Shown in pieces: positions 18,513-25,595 of a stretch of DNA of 32,000 bases. The first letter of the stretch is position 1. Each line of letters begins with the position of its first letter. The position numbers and the translations under genes are program-made. The notes below the pieces were generated by a model. The model searched no databases. It was not told the DNA's origin and was given only the letters and a program-made list of their open reading frames with translations. The stretch is from Cylindrospermopsis raciborskii Cr2010 (lineage in GTDB: Bacteria; Cyanobacteriota; Cyanobacteriia; Cyanobacteriales; Nostocaceae), in NCBI RefSeq assembly GCF_003367075.2, contig NZ_CP065936.1, positions 3,725,846 to 3,757,845 of the forward strand, written 5' to 3'.

Positions 18513-18616
18513 TACAGCAGATTCTTTCGTTATGAAGTACATCATAGCCCCTCATCGCTTGCGGGATGGGGCCCGGGGTGCGGTTATTGTACCTCATGAC
18601 AGTGGAAAGTGCTGTA
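18513..18616. other. Nested-hairpin element of ~104 nt with a GC-rich core (candidate sRNA or miniature repeat)
   Basis: The outer arms TACAGCA(gatt)CTTTC (18513-18528) and GAAAGTGCTGTA (18605-18616) pair. The second arms TTATGAAGTAC (18530-18540) and GTACCTCATGA (18589-18599) also pair. The inner sequence is GCCCCtcATC...GATGGGGC. Confidence 0.35.
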
Positions 18617-18738
18617 TCAATACATTGAGAGTTAAAAAGATCTGTATTAGAAGAATAGGGTTTTAGGACTAAACCTTTAATGAGATAATGATTATATTAA
18701 AACGGCAAGTTGTGATTCAATAGAGAAGAACACGGAAG

Positions 18739-19374
18739 ATGCAGATAACTAAGATAAAAAGGAAGATAGAAATGATTACATTGATTTACCGACGGAATTT
18801 GACAAGAATTTTAATTCTGGCTTTTTTCTCGCTCATGACCTGGTTGAATTTCACTCCCCCAGATATTACTCCTACAGCTATAGCTCTGGGTGGTAAATTG
18901 CCCCCTGTTAATCAGCTCGCACCTACTTTTACTCTACCCACAAATACGGGGGATGGGAAGATTTCTTTGGCTGATTTTAGAGGTCACTGGGTGGTTTTAT
19001 ACTTCTACCCTAAGGATTTTACCTCTGGTTGTACTATTGAAGCACGACGCTTTCAACAGGATTTGCCCAAGTATCTGGAAAAAAATACTAGGATTGTTGG
19101 TGTGAGTGCGGACAGTGTGGACTCCCATGCTAAATTTTGTGACTCCCAGGGATTAAAATTCCCTCTGTTAGCTGATACTGATGGTGCAGTTAGTAAAGCA
19201 TACGGATCCTGGATTGGTTTTTTCTCCATGCGTCATACTTTTATTATTGACCCACAGGGTACTCTCAGAGAAATTTTTCTGGGAGTTAATCCTAATGTTC
19301 ACAGTCAAGAAGTTTTGGCACGTTTGGTAGAATTACAGAAAACATCTCTAGAACTGTCTTTAAATGAATCATGA
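18739..19374 (+). CDS. Peroxiredoxin of the BCP/PrxQ type with an N-terminal hydrophobic signal/anchor
   Basis: The active site is FYPKDFTSGCTIEARRF and the fold is AhpC/TSA-like. The N-terminus RILILAFFSLMTWL suggests export or anchoring. An alternative start at 18772 is preceded by AGGAAG. Confidence 0.85.
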   Translation: MQITKIKRKIEMITLIYRRNLTRILILAFFSLMTWLNFTPPDITPTAIALGGKLPPVNQLAPTFTLPTNTGDGKISLADFRGHWVVLYFYPKDFTSGCTIEARRFQQDLPKYLEKNTRIVGVSADSVDSHAKFCDSQGLKFPLLADTDGAVSKAYGSWIGFFSMRHTFIIDPQGTLREIFLGVNPNVHSQEVLARLVELQKTSLELSLNES

Positions 19375-20269
19375 TGTCTTTCTTGTCCCTCCAGGAAAGA
19401 AAATCTCCTTGGGGGACTATGACCCCAGCTACAAGGCTGAATTTCATCAAAAAGTTGATGCTGTTAAAAAATTAAGAGCGGGTATCAAAGAACTGGCTAG
19501 ATATCAAGATGTTCTCTATGCCCAAAATACCTATGCTCTCCTCATTATCTTTCAAGCTATGGATGCTGCTGGAAAGGATAGCACCATTAAACACGTTATG
19601 TCTGGTGTAAATCCCCAAGGGTGTCAGGTGTTTAGTTTTAAAGCACCTAGTGATGAAGAGTTGGATCATGATTACCTATGGCGATCTACTAGGTGTTTGC
19701 CAGAACGAGGTAGGATTGGTATATTTAACCGTTCTTATTATGAGGAATTATTGGTAGTAAGAGTACATCCAGAAACCCTCGCTAGACAACAACTTCATCA
19801 TTTTCCCCAGGGTAATCAACTCTGGAAACAGCGGTTTGAGGAAATCAACAATTTTGAAAAGTACCTGGTTAATAATGGTATTGTTATTCTCAAGTTCTTT
19901 CTCCATATCTCACCACAGGAACAGAAAAAACGCTTTCTCCAAAGAATTGAATCCCCAGCTAAACATTGGAAGTTTTCTGCAAGTGATGTTCGAGAACGCG
20001 CTTTTTGGCATGATTATATGATTGCCTATGAGGATGTATTTAACCACACTAGTACTAAACACTCCCCTTGGTATATCATCCCGGCAGATCGTAAATGGTT
20101 TACAAGGCTAGTGGTGTCGGAGATTATCTGTGATAAACTAAAAGAACTAGACTTGCAATATCCAATTGTTAGTGAAGAACATCAGCAACAACTTCTACAA
20201 GCTAAAAAGCTTCTTGAAAGTGAAGACATCACTAACTTCCACCCTAGAACGAGCGATCGCATTTCCTAA
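19364..20269 (+). CDS. Polyphosphate kinase 2 family protein (polyphosphate:nucleotide phosphotransferase)
   Basis: The PPK2 Walker-A-like motif FQAMDAAGKDSTIKHV is present, along with FNRSYYEE and the lid region. The start overlaps the peroxiredoxin stop by 11 nt. Confidence 0.85.
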   Translation: MNHDVFLVPPGKKISLGDYDPSYKAEFHQKVDAVKKLRAGIKELARYQDVLYAQNTYALLIIFQAMDAAGKDSTIKHVMSGVNPQGCQVFSFKAPSDEELDHDYLWRSTRCLPERGRIGIFNRSYYEELLVVRVHPETLARQQLHHFPQGNQLWKQRFEEINNFEKYLVNNGIVILKFFLHISPQEQKKRFLQRIESPAKHWKFSASDVRERAFWHDYMIAYEDVFNHTSTKHSPWYIIPADRKWFTRLVVSEIICDKLKELDLQYPIVSEEHQQQLLQAKKLLESEDITNFHPRTSDRIS

Positions 20270-20279
20270 GAGCGATCGC
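20253..20279. repeat. Two HIP1 palindromes (GCGATCGC) 19 bp apart bracketing the PPK2 stop codon
   Basis: GCGATCGC occurs at 20253-20260 and 20272-20279. Further HIP1 copies are at 2423, 3919, 6138, 6745, 7531, 8694, 11848, 12321, 13503, 25650 and 27550. Confidence 0.9.
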
Positions 20280-20307
20280 CAGGAATAGAAAACTAACCAA
20301 GTCAGTT

Positions 20308-22194
20308 TTAAGGTGTTTTTTCCGCCATTAATAACTGACGAATTAATCTGGCCATAGCTTTTTGGGTAAAGCGACCAGCAATTTGCTGACCTAAATGATG
20401 GACTTTGGGATTCACCAAAATCTCCATTAATTGGGGAGCAAGTTTGCTAGGATCAAAACCTCTGGTTTGTTGTAAAATGCCTACAATTCGCTGAATATGT
20501 TCTAGTGTCTGTTGTTGTTCAACTGTTGCACCAGCTACTTCATTAACTGCTGTCCAACCGAATTTTTGTCTAAGTAAAGAGGTGAAGTTATGGAGAACAT
20601 TTTTACCCACTGCATCTAGTCCATTGACAACCTCATCCACCAATTTATCGCGAATAAATCCACCACGCTGGGAAGATAAAAATTCCACAGTTTGATTCAT
20701 GACTAAATTCAAGTCATAGTCCTGATTATTACGGGCATTTTTTAACAAGTTCTCTAAACGATTCCAGCGAAATTTGCCATCTTTAAATAGTAGATCTTGT
20801 AGGGATGCTCGCAATTCTTCCGATGGGTCAGTTAATAGTCTTTTGGAAACATAGGGATAAGCTTCACTCAGAACTTTGAAGTTTGGATCAATATAAATGG
20901 CAATCCCTTCTAAAGTAACTAAGGAACGAATAATCAAAGCATAATAAGGAGGTACTCTAAAAGGATACTCATACATTAACTGTGATAAATCATCCGTGAT
21001 ACTTTTAATATTTAGTTCAGCTACGCTTGCACCCTGAGCATTAGCAAAAACTCTGGCAAATGCAGGAACTATAGGTGTTAAATCCGTATCTGGAGTGAGA
21101 AACTCCAGTTTAACATAGTCTTTTGCTAAAGAGTCAAAGTCCCGATTAACAACATGAACGATGGCCTCAATTAAACCATAACGCTGGGGTGGTTTAACCT
21201 CACTCATCATCCCAAAGTCTAAATAGGCTAGCTTACCATCAAAGGTGGCTAATAAGTTACCAGGGTGAGGATCTGCATGAAAAAATCCATGTTCTAGTAA
21301 TTGTCTGAGGGAACACTGTACTCCTATTTCTATTAGATAACGCGCATTGATGCCTAGGGTCTCAATTTCTTGTGGTTGGGTCAGTTTAATCCCATTAATC
21401 CACTCCATTGTTAATACACGCCGGTTGGTATATTCCCAGTAGATTTTAGGTACGTAAATATCTGGGAGGTGTCCATACAATTCAAAAAAGCGTTCAGCAT
21501 TTTCCCCTTCCCGGATATAGTCCATTTCCTCAAAAATGCGACTACCTAATTCGTCCAAAATTCCCACCAGGTCACTTCTGACCCGTTTCACATTTTTTTG
21601 CACCCAACCAGCTAAAATTCTTAGAATATATAGATCAATGGTGATTCTTTCTCGCAAATCTGGACGCTGAACTTTGATTGCTACTTCTTCCCCAGTTTTC
21701 AGTCTACCTTTATAAACCTGTCCTAGGGAAGCTGCTGCAATCGGGTGGGGTGATATTTCACTGTATATATCTTCCGGTAAACCACCTAACTCTTCTTTGA
21801 TAAATTGGTATGCTATCTCATTGGGAAATGCTGGTAGTTGATCTTGTAATTTAGTTAGCTCTTCTAAATATATGGGAGGAACTAAATCTGGTCTAGTGGA
21901 TAGAGCTTGTCCTATTTTAATATATGCAGGCCCAAGTTTTGTTAGCAATTCTCGCAGTTGAATCGCTATGGGGCGGTGGTTTTCCACAACTATCCCTCGC
22001 CTTTTATCCCACCATAAGGCAAAAATTAAGGATAATACAGGTACTATTACTGCTAATATTCGCTGTAAAACTTGTCCTAGTTTATCTTGGTAATGTGCTG
22101 CAATCTGTTGAGGATCATAGTATAATTGTTCTGGCTCGGCTTCAGCCAGGACTTTTGGTTGATGGTGTGTTCTTGATCTGGTTGTACTAATCAT
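20308..22194 (-). CDS. ABC1/UbiB (AarF) atypical kinase family protein
   Basis: ABC1 motifs are present: FIKIGQALSTRPDL, AAASLGQVYKG, VAIKVQRP, FFHADPHPGN, LDFGMM. Confidence 0.88.
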   Translation of the reverse strand: MISTTRSRTHHQPKVLAEAEPEQLYYDPQQIAAHYQDKLGQVLQRILAVIVPVLSLIFALWWDKRRGIVVENHRPIAIQLRELLTKLGPAYIKIGQALSTRPDLVPPIYLEELTKLQDQLPAFPNEIAYQFIKEELGGLPEDIYSEISPHPIAAASLGQVYKGRLKTGEEVAIKVQRPDLRERITIDLYILRILAGWVQKNVKRVRSDLVGILDELGSRIFEEMDYIREGENAERFFELYGHLPDIYVPKIYWEYTNRRVLTMEWINGIKLTQPQEIETLGINARYLIEIGVQCSLRQLLEHGFFHADPHPGNLLATFDGKLAYLDFGMMSEVKPPQRYGLIEAIVHVVNRDFDSLAKDYVKLEFLTPDTDLTPIVPAFARVFANAQGASVAELNIKSITDDLSQLMYEYPFRVPPYYALIIRSLVTLEGIAIYIDPNFKVLSEAYPYVSKRLLTDPSEELRASLQDLLFKDGKFRWNRLENLLKNARNNQDYDLNLVMNQTVEFLSSQRGGFIRDKLVDEVVNGLDAVGKNVLHNFTSLLRQKFGWTAVNEVAGATVEQQQTLEHIQRIVGILQQTRGFDPSKLAPQLMEILVNPKVHHLGQQIAGRFTQKAMARLIRQLLMAEKTP

Positions 22195-22343
22195 TAAGCT
22201 TTTATTAGTGTTCTTGGGTGTTTAATTGTGGACAATTCCCTTTCAGAACTGTCCTTGGTACCATGTCAACAAGCTATAAAATAAGGTTTGTTAACTATTG
22301 TAACGATATGTTGCTCTTTTGTCACATAATTGGTGAGGAGAGT

Positions 22344-24482
22344 TTATAACCGAGGTAAAAGTTTGGGAATCAGATTGCCAGGAATTTTAGAGAGGGCTAG
22401 ATTTTGCCCCTGAATACCTAGCTCATGATGGAAAGTGCGAATTATTTTCACAATTTGGTTAAATGTTTCCTGATAAGGTTGTGTATTTTCTTCTAAACCA
22501 TTGAGAGTTTTTAAAAAATAATCTAGGGATGTTTGTAAATGGTAGGAAACAATTTCTTTATCACCTTTAAAATGTGAATCGGTTATGAGTTGATAGTGAG
22601 CTAGTGCTAGGTTATTTTGTGTCCCTAAGATATCAAAACTCAAATCTTTCTGATGGAAAGAATTGGCTATAGTTAAAGTATCTTCGTAGGTCTCAATAGA
22701 TAATTTTAGTAAATTTTGGCGATTTTCTCCTTTCATATGTGGTAGATTGCTCAATTGCCAATAGGCAGTTCCTAAATTGTTACGGGTGACTGCACAACCA
22801 ATGGGAATATTCTCTGGAGTCCTATATTTTAAGGCTTCTTGGTAAAAATCTATTGCTAATTGTAAATTCTTTTCTGGTGTTTCATAGTGGGATAAGTTCC
22901 AATAAGCAGTGCCAATATTATTTTGAATCATTCCATACTTAATAGGATCCTTTTCCGCTTGATAATGACTTAGGGCTGAACTATAAGCGGAAATCGCTTG
23001 TTTAAGATTTTTTTCTGGTTCACTATGTTGCGCTAGATGCCAATAAGCAGTACCTAAATTATTTTGACAGGAAGCATATTTATGAGAATCCATTTCTTCC
23101 TTGCGATAATTCAATGTTTCCTTATATGCTTTTATTGCTGCTTGCCAGTTTTCTAAGGGCTGATAAAATTTTGCCAGGTCACCATAAGCTGTGGCTAAGT
23201 TATTTTGCACTCGAGCATAGATCTCTGGCTGACTATCACATTCAATCATCTTTAAAACTAATTGGTAAAACTCTAAGGACTGTTCTATATATGTTTGTGC
23301 CTCCTGGCTGCTTACGGATGTACGATGTAGCATCCAATATAGAGTACCTAAATCATTTAAAGTATCTGGCACTAAAGGTGAAGTTTCATCATAACTGAGA
23401 GATTCCTGGTAGGCGATAATTGCTACCATTAAATTGTCTAGATTTGCATCTCCCTGTTCAATGCGCAGGCGATATAAAGTTCCTAGGTTGTGGTAGGCCT
23501 GAGCAATTTCTTCTTGGGAGTCTTGCGTGAGGTTAATTGTTAATTTCTCAATTTCCCATAGTAGTTGTTTAATTTGCCAATTAGTATCTCTATCCTCATC
23601 AATGTTTGGGTTCAGTGTTTTAGGAATTAGGGAAATTAACTCCTGATTAATATGTGAAAAAGATGAAAGTTTAGGAATATTAAGAACAAACGGAACTACT
23701 TGATTCTCTCTCTCTGTAGTTTCTTTAGTTTCATTGTCCAAAGATTTTCCATTATCTTCATCAGGTTGATAGTTGAAGATGGTTGATTCCTCAACTACAG
23801 ATGAGTCTAATTTTTCTAATCTGATACTTCTCAATTCAGAAGAATTCTGTGGATAATTAGGATTTTCTATACCTCCTGTTGGCTCTCCCTCAAAAATAAA
23901 TACGCCTGTTCTATATTGCCAAAATTGCGGAGCTGATTGTTGAATCGCATACAACCAAGGACGGGTAACCCAAAACAATAAGTTGGAATCTACAATTGAA
24001 GTGCTTTGCTTCTTGCTAAAGTATTCTTCGCTCAGTTTTAAATTATGTAAGAATAACCTCTGTACTGCTATTGACTGTTTGGTCAACTGCTCTACCCCCA
24101 CAATTTGAAATGCTGGGATTGGTAAAACCTTACCTGGTGAGTCTTGTGATTTCCCAACTCTTGGTGGTGGGTAATTCCCTAACCACTGGTTAATTTGAGC
24201 TATGGGATTGGGATCATTTAGGTTTAATCTCACGGTTACTAATCGAGGATAAGCTGGAGTGCTAATTCCTTGTTTTTCTCCAACAGGGTACAGCACCTGT
24301 TCTACTGGATAAGCCAAATTAGAATGTAGTTTGCTGGCTACCTGATTCCTAATATTTATATTATCACATACTGCAAAAAATATTTGACGTCGTAGGGATA
24401 CGCTTAATGCTAATCTTAAACGTCTATATACTTGCCGATTTAAAGTAAAAATATCCGTAGTGGGATTTTCATTCACATTCAT
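22344..24482 (-). CDS. Tetratricopeptide-repeat protein with a ~330-aa non-TPR N-terminal region
   Basis: The C-terminal half contains many units of the form NNLGTAYW...A(I/L)..Y..AL. The N-terminal region (RQIFFAVCDN...) has no motif I can name. Confidence 0.8.
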   Translation of the reverse strand: MNVNENPTTDIFTLNRQVYRRLRLALSVSLRRQIFFAVCDNINIRNQVASKLHSNLAYPVEQVLYPVGEKQGISTPAYPRLVTVRLNLNDPNPIAQINQWLGNYPPPRVGKSQDSPGKVLPIPAFQIVGVEQLTKQSIAVQRLFLHNLKLSEEYFSKKQSTSIVDSNLLFWVTRPWLYAIQQSAPQFWQYRTGVFIFEGEPTGGIENPNYPQNSSELRSIRLEKLDSSVVEESTIFNYQPDEDNGKSLDNETKETTERENQVVPFVLNIPKLSSFSHINQELISLIPKTLNPNIDEDRDTNWQIKQLLWEIEKLTINLTQDSQEEIAQAYHNLGTLYRLRIEQGDANLDNLMVAIIAYQESLSYDETSPLVPDTLNDLGTLYWMLHRTSVSSQEAQTYIEQSLEFYQLVLKMIECDSQPEIYARVQNNLATAYGDLAKFYQPLENWQAAIKAYKETLNYRKEEMDSHKYASCQNNLGTAYWHLAQHSEPEKNLKQAISAYSSALSHYQAEKDPIKYGMIQNNIGTAYWNLSHYETPEKNLQLAIDFYQEALKYRTPENIPIGCAVTRNNLGTAYWQLSNLPHMKGENRQNLLKLSIETYEDTLTIANSFHQKDLSFDILGTQNNLALAHYQLITDSHFKGDKEIVSYHLQTSLDYFLKTLNGLEENTQPYQETFNQIVKIIRTFHHELGIQGQNLALSKIPGNLIPKLLPRL

Positions 24483-24640
24483 ACTGGCTATAACAGCCTA
24501 AATAGTGGTGGTTGAAAAGGTATTTCGCCCAAGAGAGGGAATGATTCATTGGTCTTTCCCTACCATTAACCTGTTTTTTGATAATTTAGCATAGTAAGCG
24601 TACTTATTTATATTTAAAGTCTCTTTAATTCTATCAAAGA

Positions 24641-24676
24641 ATAAAAAAATCAGGTTCCCCCTAAGATGAGAACCTG
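24641..24676 (-). terminator. Rho-independent terminator after the small membrane-protein gene
   Basis: On the minus strand the stem CAGGTTC/GAACCTG (24676-24670 with 24657-24651) encloses a 12-nt loop and is followed by ATTTTTTTAT. It lies 63 nt past the stop codon. Confidence 0.65.
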
Positions 24677-24739
24677 ATGGTCAGGGATATTAAGTTTTAT
24701 GAATTTTATCAGCTGCTTAGGTTTTAGAAAGATGGTTTT

Positions 24740-24919
24740 CTAACTGGCATTTGACACTGCGAAGGCAATAAAAACTACGCCAACTATTAAAAGTGCTCCG
24801 AGTCCGCCTAAAATTACATAATTCAGTTTTTGTTTACCCGTTGGAGGTTCAGCTTGATAAACCTTGGGCTCCTGGGCAAAATTGTTGAGCCGACCGCCCT
24901 CTTCTGTTGTGTATGGCAT
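24740..24919 (-). CDS. 59-aa single-transmembrane-helix protein (resembles the cyanobacterial Ssl1498-type light-harvesting-like small proteins as I recall them)
   Basis: Hand translation gives MPYTTEEGGRLNNFAQEPKVYQAEPPTGKQKLNYVILGGLGALLIVGVVFIAFAVSNAS. An AAGGAA Shine-Dalgarno precedes the ATG and a dedicated terminator follows. It is absent from the ORF track only because it is shorter than 60 aa. Confidence 0.7.
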   Translation of the reverse strand: MPYTTEEGGRLNNFAQEPKVYQAEPPTGKQKLNYVILGGLGALLIVGVVFIAFAVSNAS

Positions 24920-24932
24920 GAAATGATTCCTT

Positions 24933-25011
24933 GTTACATTTCTTTATTTCAGGTTACATAATTATAATTTTAATGTGACATTTTTCCATAAAACTTTACA
25001 TGAGGTTACTT
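24933..25011 (-). promoter_or_regulatory. Phased GTTACAT-type boxes (HLR1/RpaB-like half-sites) with a candidate -10 element, upstream of the small ORF
   Basis: The boxes are GTTACAT at 24933 and 24953, GTGACAT at 24975, TTTACAT at 24995 and GTTACTT at 25005. On the gene strand, TATAAT lies at 24966-24961. Confidence 0.4.
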
Positions 25012-25071
25012 TATATTATTGTGGGTAATAGCCCAGCTTATAAGTCTTACTGAGCTATTTACACCGCTAGG

Positions 25072-25425
25072 TTAGTCGAGAAAACCCATTAATAGTCCAG
25101 AATCATCAATTTCATTTGACGCTATGGGACGATTGCCAAAAACCGAGTAGTTCTCTGAAATTACTAAGGAGCTGGAGCCAACAGGACGAATTCCGGATAG
25201 GTTAATACTATTGACAACAGTAAACGTGTTGGCACCAATAGGGCGAATACCTAGTGCATTGTAAGTTTCCACTACTTGTAAGGTGCTGGTGCTAATAGGA
25301 CGCAAACCAGCAATGGAGACTGTTCCAGCTATCTGCAATCCACTGCTACCAATGGGACGTTCCCCAGCTATGACAATTGTTCCTTGACCAGTCTGCTCTG
25401 TATTACTTTGTTGATTTTCTTCCAC
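25072..25425 (-). CDS. Repeat protein of 117 aa: five 19-residue units with a G-x-R-P-[IV] core, function unknown
   Basis: The GTG start is preceded by AAGGGAGA. Arg-Pro pairs begin at residues 23, 42, 61, 80 and 99, so the spacing is exactly 19 aa. The protein is rich in Ser, Thr, Asn, Ile and Val. Confidence 0.65.
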   Translation of the reverse strand: MEENQQSNTEQTGQGTIVIAGERPIGSSGLQIAGTVSIAGLRPISTSTLQVVETYNALGIRPIGANTFTVVNSINLSGIRPVGSSSLVISENYSVFGNRPIASNEIDDSGLLMGFLD

Positions 25426-25595
25426 TTTTTTATCTCCCTTAGGATATTAACAGAATCCAAGTAGGCGCTTATAAACTAAATTCATCCACTGTGTTAAGTG
25501 AATTTTACAATAGTTAAGGAAAAGTATTTTTTTCCTCATATACTAAAGTTTACCCCGAAACAGCTACAATATAATTATCTTGTTCCGCTCAGATT

